Below are positions 10,901 to 23,428 of a stretch of 64,000 bases of DNA, piece after piece. Under the pieces are notes generated by a model, which worked only from the letters and a program-made list of their open reading frames with translations, was not told where the DNA came from and made no database searches. Numbering within the stretch: the first letter of the stretch is position 1; every line of letters begins with the position of its first letter. This DNA is from Oikopleura dioica (lineage: Eukaryota; Animalia; Chordata), in the NCBI GenBank assembly GCA_907165135.1, contig OU015566.1, positions 10,726,001-10,790,000 on the forward strand, written 5' to 3'. A program made the translations under genes and the position numbers.

Positions 10901-13900
10901 CTTGATTTTTAAATTTAAGGGGCTTGACGGCCCTTCGGGCCGTTTCAGCCCCGTTCCTTGATTTTTAAATTTAAGGGGCTTGACGGCCCTTCGGGCCGTT
11001 TCAGCCCCGTTCCTTGATTTTTAAATTTAAGGGGCTTGACGGCCCTTCGGGCCGTTTCAGCCCCGTTCCTTGATTTTTAAATTTAAGGGGCTTGACGGCC
11101 CTTCGGGCCGTTTCAGCCCCGTTCCTTGATTTTTAAATTTAAGGGCTTGACGGCCCTTCGGGCCGTTTCAGCCCCGTTCCTTGATTTTTAAATTTAAGGG
11201 GCTTGACGGCCCTTCGGGCCGTTTCAGCCCCGTTCCTTGATTTTTAAATTTAAGGGGCTTGACGGCCCTTCGGGCCGTTTCAGCCCCGTTCCTTGATTTT
11301 TAAATTTAAGGGGCTTGACGGCCCTTCGGGCCGTTTCAGCCCCGTTCCTTGATTTTTAAATTTAAGGGGCTTGACGGCCCTTCGGGCCGTTTCAGCCCCG
11401 TTCCTTGATTTTTAAATTTAAGGGCTTGACGGCCCTTCGGGCCGTTTCAGCCCCGTTCCTTGATTTTTAAATTTAAGGGGCTTGACGGCCCTTCGGGCCG
11501 TTTCAGCCCCGTTCCTTGATTTTTAAATTTAAGGGCTTGACGGCCCTTCGGGCCGTTTCAGCCCCGTTCCTTGATTTTTAAATTTAAGGGGCTTGACGGC
11601 CCTTCGGGCCGTTTCAGCCCCGTTCCTTGATTTTTAAATTTAAGGGGCTTGACGGCCCTTCGGGCCGTTTCAGCCCCGTTCCTTGATTTTTAAATTTAAG
11701 GGGCTTGACGGCCCTTCGGGCCGTTTCAGCCCCGTTCCTTGATTTTTAAATTTAAGGGGCTTGACGGCCCTTCGGGCCGTTTCAGCCCCGTTCCTTGATT
11801 TTTAAATTTAAGGGGCTTGACGGCCCTTCGGGCCGTTTCAGCCCCGTTCCTTGATTTTTAAATTTAAGGGGCTTGACGGCCCTTCGGGCCGTTTCAGCCC
11901 CGTTCCTTGATTTTTAAATTTAAGGGGCTTGACGGCCCTTCGGGCCGTTTCAGCCCCGTTCCTTGATTTTTAAATTTAAGGGGCTTGACGGCCCTTCGGG
12001 CCGTTTCAGCCCCGTTCCTTGATTTTTAAATTTAAGGGGCTTGACAAAGGCTGGGAAATCTGAGTTGATCATTCTCAGTTTCGTCCCCAACCCCACCCAC
12101 ACCCATGGATATAAAAATTCAGGTTATCCCTTGTTTCTTGCTTAATTATGGTTTTCATTTTTCATATTTTTTTAGTCTTCCACCATTTGTTTTCAAGGAA
12201 AAAGTCCTCCGGAGGACCTCTGTGACGTCAGATTAAGTCACATGACAAAAATTCTAATTTTTGCAATTGTTAATTGTTATACAAAAGAAAATTTTTTTTG
12301 TCTTCCAGGAACGGTCTTCCACCAGGTGAGTCCTCCGGAAGAGCTATGATGATTCATCTAAGTCACATGATTAATAATTATTAAAAAAACTATAAATAAA
12401 AGGTTCATATGGCCTAAAATTCTCCAATTCCGACTTTACCAACTTTACCCCCTTATTACGTAATAACCACTTGACCTCTAGAATTTCTAAACCCCTCTGC
12501 ACCACCTCCAAACCCTCCTCTACAAGTTTACTATTGATCATATGGTCCTATCTCTTACCAGTTAAGAGCCTATAAAGGACAAATGATGGGCCAACCTAAA
12601 AAAAACAGTGTTAAAGTCAATCGCCATCGAAGGGAGAAAAAACAACGTCCATGCGAACGCCATTGCCCCACTTGCGGCGAGCAGGATGACCGAGAAAGTC
12701 TTCCCAAGCGTCATGCTCGAGAAGATGGATCCCAAATTCGTCATGCCCCTTGTTTTGCCACGAACAGGTCAAATAGAACATACAAACAATGACAAAGTAA
12801 CGGATTCACAATTTTTTTTATGGAAAGCAATTTTATGGACAAAGTAAATCAAGACCATAAATCAAAATTTTGTTTATCTTCATAATTTCAGGGTTGATTT
12901 CTGTCTCAAAGATTTGTCAAACTGATCCTTCTTTCTAAGCTTGCGGCTTTTTCTGTGCCCCCCATTCTTCTATGATTTTTCTAATATCACCTTTTTAAGG
13001 GACCCGGGCGAGTAACGTGAAGTCCAACTTCACGCGCCCGCCATTGATCTTTTTGAAAAGCTTTTTCGAAATTTCTTTTTGCTAAACATATCTTCATTCT
13101 CTCAGCTTTCACCTCCCATTTTCAGATTTTTTATATCATTATTAATTCTTGAGCTAGGATGAATAAAAGAAGCGCAACTTCAAAAGGATTCAACTCCTGC
13201 AAACTTCATTTTATTTTTATGAAACCAGCACCATTGAAAAGCCCATTAAATTCTGAACAGATTCCACTTAATGCGCTAAGCTGAAACTGTACTTATTGCC
13301 CTTAACGCGCTGATAAACAAAAGAAGTTAGCGCTCGAGGCTCGGCAGGACGCTCCGATCGGGCTATTTTGGGGTATTTTGGGCTCCCGGGACATGATTCC
13401 CGCTTGGCGCGCGCTAAGTTATCTTGTTTATCTAACCTTTATCGCAAATGAGTACAGTTTCAGCTTAGCGCATTAAGTGGAATCTGTTCAGAATTTAATG
13501 GGCTTTTCAATGGTGCTGGTTTCATAAAAATAAAATGAAGTTTGCAGGAGTTGAATCCTTTTGAAGTTGCGCTTCTTTTATTCATCCTAGCTCAAGAATT
13601 AATAATGATATAAAAAATCTGAAAATGGGAGGTGAAAGCTGAGAGAATGAAGATATGTTTAGCAAAAAGAAATTTCGAAAAAGCTATTCTAAAAGATCAA
13701 TGGCGAGCGCGTGTAGTTGGACTTCTCGTCACTCGCCCGGGTCCCTTAATGAAAAAGGGATCCTTAGGTGGCTAAATTGGACTATTCTTAAATATTCTTT
13801 GACCATCGAAAAGTACCTCTGCCACGAGTCCTGTTCAGAAACTGGCTCCGTCTTCGAAGTAGCCGCTGGCTGGGCTGCGAAGATTCAAACCGAGAGCGCT

Positions 13901-14159
13901 GCCGGCGCCGTTTTCGCAAAATCCAAAGGCGCGGGTTAATTCAAACTCTTGCAAAGAAACTAAAAATCGATGCATGAGACCGGAAAGGGACGACTTTGCC
14001 AAGTGAGGCGTAAAATCTGAAACCCATCGAAAAGAGGAAGCGACGCTGGAAAGTGTGCAGCAACATTTTGAGGCAATGTGCGATTTTGAAAGAGATACAG
14101 TCAAGCTGGACTCGTTACAGGAGGCGACGATTCGGGTTATGGACGCGATAATGAAATAG
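4924..14159 (+). CDS. Stand-alone 3-hydroxyacyl-CoA dehydrogenase (SDR, HSD17B4/MFE-2 N-terminal domain type), interrupted by large TE insertions; functional status uncertain
   Basis: Segments about 4924-5026, 5096-5194, 8843-9038, 9256-9441, 12616-12757, 13814-13930, 14034-14159 give VAVVTGAGNGLGREYA, VNDFGG, DILINNAGILRD, SASGLYGNFGQVNYSAAK, EGRKNNVHANAIAP, YLCHESC..FEVAAGW; ends DAIMK-stop. Confidence 0.9.
5721..6141. mobile_element. Nested inverted-repeat element with GGTGG/CCACC-rich interior
   Basis: CGAAGCTGGGGTC ... GACCCCAGCTCCG imperfect TIR; no clear TSD. Confidence 0.5.
6226..6661. mobile_element. Palindromic MITE nested in the hAT element (second copy 7541-7975)
   Basis: GCCCAGGCTCTGGC.GTCATTTTGAGCTCTAGAAA ... 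TTTCTAGAGCTCAAAATGACTGCCAGAGCCTGGGC; arms complementary over more than 150 bp. Confidence 0.8.
6871..7202. mobile_element. TTAA-TSD MITE with GG termini (Kolobok-like); second copy 8185-8520
   Basis: TTAA|GGACCCCCCCGTCAACAATTTTC ... GAAAATTGTTGACGGGGGTCC|TTAA. Confidence 0.85.
9442..12612. mobile_element. 3.2-kb foldback/TIR element inserted in a coding exon, carrying a satellite array
   Basis: About 73-bp perfect TIR AACACTGTTTTTTTTAGGTTGGCCCATC..., degenerate arms to about 450 bp; 3-bp TSD AAA; removal restores TTG ACA AAG TCA (LTKS). Confidence 0.93.
9900..12045. repeat. Tandem array of about 38 copies of a 56-bp hairpin-containing unit
   Basis: Unit TTTTTAAATTTAAGGGGCTTGACGGCCCTTCGGGCCGTTTCAGCCCCGTTCCTTGA; the only variation seen is GGG vs GGGG. 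Confidence 0.98.
12999..13745. mobile_element. TTAA-TSD foldback MITE with GGG termini (Kolobok-like), intronic
   Basis: TTAA|GGGACCCGGGCGAGT ... ACTCGCCCGGGTCCC|TTAA; about 300-bp near-perfect inverted arms. Confidence 0.92.
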
Positions 14160-14834
14160 GGTCCCTTAATTTATGCGCTAATAAAAACGTTTATACGACC
14201 TTGACTCTCCAAAAGATTAAAATTAAGAGTTTGACTTTTCAAAGATAATGTCCACTAACCCCCTAAATTTTGTACAAATATAAGAAGTAGATTTCGTGGT
14301 GTAAAAACCAGTGTTTCAGGTGACATTTTTGTGGGTCACATTTTGATAATTTCTGATTGTTGATTTATGGTGTTTTCTTTTTGTGACCCTTATTTTTTGA
14401 AAGAAGAGTCCTTCATCGCCCGGACAAAAACGAAGGCCCTCAAATTGGGGATGAAGCATTTTATGAAGTAGTTTACTCCTCCCCCGCTGTGAGCGAGCTC
14501 TGATCTCACGCTGAGCTAGAATTTCAATTTTTCGATGATTCTTCAAAATTCTTCAAACAATCTGTTCTTCATCCGTTTTTTCGAAGTTTCAATTTTGATT
14601 GAAGCCTGAAATTGTTTTTGTTTTAGAATGGATTCGGCTCAGTGATCACCGGGATCTGAAAATATCGGTTTAGCGGATCGCCTCTTTTCGCGGCTGGCTT
14701 AGCGATATTTGCGTGGGTGCCACTGGCCATCTTAGAGAGTGATTTTTCGAAAATTTCAAAGTTGTACCTAAAACAGGTAAGTCGAAAACTCATTCAGCGG
14801 CGTTCAAATCGATTTCTAGAGCATATCAGAGACG

Positions 14835-17290
14835 ATGTCCGATTCCAGTCTCAGAAACAGATGGAAGAGATTACGAAGGAAAGGTTTTCCGAGCTCTAGA
14901 ACCCTTAAGTCCTTGAGATAAAGCGCTTTTTATGCGCTCGAACAACTACCAAATCAAAGATTTTGATGGGGATTTCTAGAGCTCTTTGAAACCTAGCAAA
15001 AGGCGTAGAACAACCGATGGAGTGACCAACCGAGTTCCTCCAGTCGAGCGAAAGTCTTCCGAATCAGAGAACCTGCCCCGGCTAATCGAAGAACAGGCAG
15101 TCATAACAGCGCAAATAACTTCAACCCTCAACGAAAAAGACACCTCAAAACAACAAAAATCAGTTCAAGATGTTCTCACGGAAAGCAGGACGAGAAACAC
15201 GAGGAGGAGGTCCGTCAAGCGACAGAACTCCGACGACGAATCTTCTGTTCAACAAACTAGCAAGGTATTTTTTAATTCAAGCTACAGTCAATTAGTAAAC
15301 TCCATTCTAGCGCAGGTCGATGGGACCCGAAAACACATCCTCAGTGAAAATCGTCCGCGACGAAGATGTCCGAAAAATGATAGCTCTCGAAACTGCCTCT
15401 GATGATAGAATCGAACCTCTCCCCGAATTCACCAACGAAAAAGAAAGAAAGAAGTTAAAAGCGAAGAGGAGGCGGTCCATAGCAACTCCAACTGTAAATT
15501 CGATACAGGAAAAATCAGGTGAGGATAAAAAATGAGACAGGATAGAACTTCGTTTTTAGAGACGCCTGTAAAGGACGAAATAAAGCTTCCGAACTTGGAA
15601 AACTTACTGACGCCCGAAACAGACGAAGAAAACTCGACAGAAGGAGCTCTTCCGATCAAAGAATCCGCCAAGCGTTGTTTTCCATACCAGGTAGACTTCA
15701 ATTTCAAAACTAATTGATATTTAAAACTTTCGGTCTTTGATCGTTCAATCGTCAGTTTGATTGATTTTTTGCTAATTGAGTATTTGTGTTTCAGGAGCTG
15801 TACAGGGGGATGGTGACGGATATCAAAGACAAGGCCGTCCCGTGTTCGATTTACAATCCTCAAGATCCAGAAACAGAAGGCAAGGTAATGGAGCGACACA
15901 GGTGTGTTCTGATAGAATGGCTACTGGAAGTCGCTACTGAAGAAAAATATAGAAGGTCTGCTAAACCCGAAAAGTTTTTTTTTCATTAAAATTTTTTTCA
16001 GAACAACCTTTCACCTGGCAATAAGCTTACTGGACCGATACATGTTCCACCGAGAAATCATTCCGAAAAGCCAGCTGCAGACTTTGGGCACTTCCTGCCT
16101 CTACCTCGCCGCCAAGATGGAAGAAGTCACGCCTCCGGACATCTATCGACTTGTAGAATACTCAGATGGGGCAGTTACAATTGACGATCTTGTCAAAATC
16201 GTAAGAACAGCTGTTTTCGTCTTTCTAAAATTCAATTTATAAAGCCTATCTTCGGGGCAGTGTCCAGTGGGGATATAGCTCAGTGGTAGAGCATTCGACT
16301 GCAGATCGAGAGGTCCCCGGTTCAAACCCGGGTGTCCCCTTAATTTTTTCTCATAACAAAATCTTGTTTTCACTCAAAATAATGGAACATTTTCAGGAAT
16401 TCGACATGCTGAGACATCTAAAATGGAGAGTAGAAGCTCTTACACCACTTTCTTTCATCCTTCTCTTTTGCCAAGCACCAGAGTTTTGGACAGAAGATTC
16501 AGGTAATAGTTAAAAACCGACCAATCAGAAAATGAAAACTTATTTTTATCTTTGGAGCTAGAACTTAGATAAAATTTTTGTTATTCAGTAATGCCCCGCT
16601 TCAACGAGAAACTACTGTGTTTCTGCGCAACGATCCTGGATCTAATGAAGCTGGATCCTGAATCGTACCAGTGGACTGCGGCGGTTCTCGGCGGCTCAAT
16701 TTTCATCCGAGTTCTTGAATTCGTCGAGGTGCACCGAGAAATCCGGCAAGAAATGAACAACGATTGCAGTATGGAACTTACGGACAGCAAGATCACCGAG
16801 TTGATTAGCTCTACTCTCGCTTGCCATGATTCAGACCTCCAGAACAATTGGTGAGCAATTTTTCTTGCTTCTCTTTCAAATCGTCTTTCTAGCTGCGACG
16901 AATACGTAACGCCCTTCGTTGCGTATTTCATGAAAGATATCCTGAATAAAATCAAGTCTGGCGAAAACGCAAGACTACCACCTCCGAAACAAGTTGCCTC
17001 AAAAGGATGCACAGTAGAAGCCTCAAGACTACAGACGAATTTCTACGGAGAACAGGGCGTTTTTATTACGATGCGTGATATTCGCTCACTCAAGGACAAA
17101 TTCATACTTGGTAAGTTTAATTCGATGAAAAAAGCGTCCAAACAAATCTATTTTTCTTCTAACTCCGATTTTAGTCTCCTCAAAAGGCGACGCAGAGCTC
17201 AAAAAATTCGCCGAGAAACTGAACATCCCTTTCGAATTCCTCCGCTGCAAGAAGTACCGCAAACGCCTATCAAAATCGACGACATCCTGA
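14835..17290 (+). CDS. Cyclin, most similar to cyclin E; start codon approximate
   Basis: Cyclin box HRCVLIEWLLEV...TFHLAISLLDRYM...LQTLGTSCLYLAAKMEEVTPP...SDGA...MLRHLKWR; long low-complexity N-terminus; stop TGA 17288-17290. Confidence 0.85.
16269..16340 (+). tRNA. tRNA-Cys(GCA), within a cyclin intron
   Basis: GGGGATATAGCTCAGTGGTAGAGCATTCGACTGCAGATCGAGAGGTCCCCGGTTCAAACCCGGGTGTCCCCT folds as a cloverleaf; A/B boxes; T6 terminator just downstream. Confidence 0.97.
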
Positions 17291-17583
17291 CCAATAATCA
17301 ATCGAAGAAACTGTTGGACATTCCTTACTCAACATTCTTAATTTCAAAAACAGCGTATCAGTTCACTCAATTTCACAACGCGACGATCACATGTAAAAAA
17401 ACTGTTCCTAACAGAAAAGAAAACCAAAAACACTCACGAAACTACTATACTTATCTGCTTCCACGAAAAGCCCACGAAAAATATGCACTTATTTATATTA
17501 CCAACTGCCAAGCATTCCGAAGCTCATTTTGGGGCTACAATAAACGATTACATACTGAAATTTCAACCCTCTTTCCTTATCAG

Positions 17584-19335
17584 AATGAGCGCGAAAGACG
17601 AATCTAAAAAAGGCGAAATCGACTGGAGCAAAATCGGCTTTCAAGTAGCCATTTGCTCCGTTTCACATCCCGTAACACAGGCTAGAGTCAGTTAGACCCG
17701 ATTATGCACAGTTTGTGACAATTTTTTTTTCTAGCATTTGATCCAGCTTGGTCACGAACCGGCGAGTCCGTTCTACAAGGCTCCAAGTGCATTGAAAATT
17801 TTCAACCCAGGAGGCCATTTTTACAACGGTGTTTTTACTGGATATCTTTTGTAAGTCATCCATATTTGAAGCAAATGAATTCATTTTCCTCGCTAGCGAT
17901 GCAGGACTTTTATCTCGGGAAGTCATCTACGCAGGACTTTCAGCGAAAATGGCCGAGACGATGGTCAGTTCGATCACTCAGACTGTTGCAGAACCGCAAA
18001 TCGACGATTTGTTTTTGAACAAGAACTACGAGAATCCAAAAAGCTTCGATGAAGTTATCTCCAAGTCTGTAAAACAGTTCTCGATCCAAGCTACTGGAAT
18101 CATTTGTTCAAGGCCTTTTTGCGTCATTGCTATCAGGTAAGATTAGAGCAAAGCTGTCTTGTTTATTGTTGAAGACAAATTGCATCAATTGCTGATGGCA
18201 AGAATCAATCAAGCCTGCTCGAGGGACTGAAAGAAATTGCAAGTGAAAATGCTTGGTTCTCTGGACTTCTGCCACGTCTCTTTCATGAAGGTACGATTTA
18301 TTTAAATAGAAACAGCATGAAAAAGAGCATGAAAAACGGTGCCATCGTCAAATGAGCTGATTCGGAGCTGGATCGACAGGGCTCAAGAAGTGATGCGTTG
18401 AATTGATCGCAGCCTCCGTAGTTTTCTAAACTCAGGATAGAAAAGCTTGTCTGTTTCGAAGCATTACCTAGGATCTTAGCTTTGATCTGTCCCTCTTCTT
18501 CCGCAGTAGCGTTAAAGCAATCGTCTTGGAAGTGCAGTGAAAGATATTCTTGAAGCGGCGAAGTCGAGTTAGGACACTCTTTAAAAGGTTTTAATAAAAA
18601 CCTGCTATTTTTATTGATAACTTCACTCACTAGAAGATTGGCCGCAGAGAAACAGGGGCTCGACGCATTCCATTTTAAAGTAATCTTCCCTTTTCTTCTC
18701 GCTCAATTTATCGCAGCTAATCGTAAGAAAAGTCTCCTGCCATTTCTTAAAATGGATTGAGTTCCGTTAGAAGCCTTATGAAAAAGTTTACCTCGCATTG
18801 CTCTTTGGTTAATTTTGCACTATCGTCGTTCATCGTTGATCCTCTTTTGAGCTCACGAAATCGCAAATGTGCGAAGGAAATCAACCTCCCGCGGTGTCTC
18901 CATGACGAGCCTCTTTATTGACATCTTTTATTTTAGCGATCACCGTCTTTGGCATGAATACGCTCGTGTATTTGTATGAGCAGAACATGAAATCAAAAGC
19001 AGATGAAGTTGTGGACAAAACCATGCCGCTCATTCTAAGCCTCGCTGTTTCTAGCGGTAAGTTTTCTTTTGCAAAAGCTTGTGATCAATCGAAATTAGTT
19101 GCGTATCCTCTTCACTTGGTATCTAACATCCAGTGCATCCAGGGAACAAGTTCCATCCTCAACACTCATCCTGAACTGACCTGGCTTCAAATTCTTTCAA
19201 AACTTTACTCCTCAAAGGTACTCATTACACTATTCTTGTATTCTCAACCCATTTTCAAAGGAACACAGCCGAGGTAGCAGCATCTTCTTCTCTCGAAAAG
19301 CTCGAAGCATCAAATCTCAGGAGTCCGCTGTTTGA
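17584..19335 (+). CDS. MTCH2: Mitochondrial carrier homolog (MTCH2-like)
   Basis: SHPVTQARHLIQLGHEP, SRPFCVIAIR, FSGLLPRL, AYPLHLVSN and SRGSSIFFSRK match MTCH-family segments; about 640-bp intron from 18291. Confidence 0.75.
18298..18924 (-). CDS. Orphan Cys-containing protein with hydrophobic C-terminal tail, nested antisense in an MTCH2 intron
   Basis: Minus-strand exon-like blocks with GT/AG borders: LKRGSTMNDDSAKLTKEQCE, CDKLSEKKREDYFKMECVEPLFLCGQSS, ECPNSTSP...APFFMLFFMLFLFK-stop; 5' end uncertain. Confidence 0.6.
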
Positions 19336-19535
19336 GTTAGAATTAGATCGACTGTATATCTTATTTATAATTCCAATTTTCCTCTGATAATTCAAAATTT
19401 TTACATGTTCAAACGCCCTATTTACTTCATCATGACTTCTCTATCTGATCATGGGAGATTTTTGCTCTGACAACTGAAATTGAAATAAAACGTCTCTTGA
19501 TTGAAATCTTTAATGACAAGCATTCTTGTTAGAAA

Positions 19536-21680
<2,145 letters not shown>

Positions 21681-21760
21681 CTTTCACTTTTAACTTGTTT
21701 ATTTCAAACTGCCTTCTTTCTTGCAATAAAGTTCCACAAAACAATTTTTTACATGTATTT

Positions 21761-23096
21761 TCAGGAATTAAAGTTTCGCGGTCGCAATTTGATACTTGAA
21801 AACATGAGACTTGTCTGCTTCTGCCAAGTAGCCCAAATCATTCCCGCGGGAAGAGCCTTCTGTCTTTCACGCTCTGGATTTGTTCTATAGATCGGCCCAT
21901 TCAGATTAACAGCGGAGCAAGAATTGAACCAGAAGCCTGATTGTTCCTAAAAAACTAAAAATTCGCACTGAAAGGACTTTTACCTCAATCGCACAGTTAG
22001 TATTAGAATGAGTCATCTCACAAGCCTTGTCTTCTTCCTTATACTCGGGCGATCCGTCGCGTTTGATGGCTGTTGGTCTGAAATAAATCTTTCTTCAATT
22101 CTGTCAGTCTTACATTTAGATACCTGCAGTAATTGTCGTTATCCCTATCCTTCGTTGTGAACATTTGCCCATTCTGCTTTGAGTTTTGTCTGTTCTCCCT
22201 TCTGTTTGGACAGTTTCTTCCTCTGCAAAGGAAATTTTCCGTCACTCCAGAAAATGCATCGTGAACAGGGAGGTCCTTGTTGTCTTCGAAATTCTTCACA
22301 GTCAGTCGATATCCAAAATCGATATCAGAGACCCTTAAAAATACCATGGTTGTACCAGTAGAATAGATCATACATGAAAGTTCCGTATTTTGCCCAGCTT
22401 CGCTCCCCTCCCCAGTTATAGAGTTCAATTCTAGCTTCAGTCCCTCTCCCTGCATTGCTCAACTCGAAGATATTATCCAAACCAAGCCAGAAATCATTTC
22501 TTCCTTCTGCACTTGGGATCTCTCCAAAGCCGATAATGTACTCTTCCCAGGTCGAGTTCCAATTTGCTTGTCCAACTGCCCGACGACATTTTCTCCCTTC
22601 GAAAGTCGGGGAATCTACCGAAGTTTCTTTGTAGCATCTTTAACAGATTCGAAAACGCTTTTTCTATCATTCCTTTTATCATTTTCTGAACCTTTCCTAA
22701 ATTCTTCTGGATGTCTAACACCGTGTGAATGAACAACAGTCCAACCACCTCCATCTGTGTCCATGTCACAAAGTACCGGTATTCTTCTTCTATTGCCGAC
22801 TCTGATATAATATCTACCAGTTGTCATACAACCTGATTGATAAATCTCCCCACACGACGTTGCCATTTTATGTAACGAGCGGGATTTTTCTCTAACGATA
22901 AACTGGGTTAAGTTCTTCTTTTGCGGCCGTACCTGAAGAATGAACAATTCCTGTGGTTACTTGTGCTCTGTTGAGGATTTGCCCCGATGTTCTCTTGCGT
23001 AAAATTACTCAATTTTTTGTCTAACCCTAATCCCTTTCGACGATCTCTATTTCCCTCACTAAAGTCCAGTACGAATAAAAACAGTAATAGCAGCAT
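21761..23096 (-). CDS. Secreted fibrinogen C-terminal domain protein (FReD)
   Basis: Signal peptide MLLLLFLFVL; SCGEIY, VLCDMDTDGGGWTV, FWLGLDN, FTTKDRDND, GFWFNSC, NLNG motifs. Confidence 0.9.
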
Positions 23097-23428
23097 CCTG
23101 GAAAAGACAAGGATTCCAATAAACAGTAGCCGAGAATCTGGATTTTCAAATGTGATATCTGGGACATGTAAATAGGGTGAAATTTGTATTTACTCAATAA
23201 ACACGCAAACCGGGCCCAACCGAATGTGGTTCAAAGGTGGCTTATTCCCGGACTGGTGCAGACACGTAATCTTCGATAGAATCAACATCGACTATAAATT
23301 AAATTTGGGCGTATATGGTGTGTTTATTACCTAGCAGCATGACAAGCGGTATAATGAGGAAACATACTCTATAATATATTACTGACTCTTTAGCTCTACA
23401 ATGAGCAAAAGTCATTTTGAAGTAACAG

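Noticed and set aside
9900-12045. CRISPR array (palindromic repeats at regular spacing)
   Set aside because: No unique spacers (units are identical head to tail), no cas genes, eukaryotic context.
5249-13745. Autonomous transposon
   Set aside because: None of the elements contains a transposase-length ORF.
4924-14159. Calling the SDR gene a pseudogene
   Set aside because: No stops or frameshifts in the exons and in-frame splice routes exist; status left open pending RNA data.
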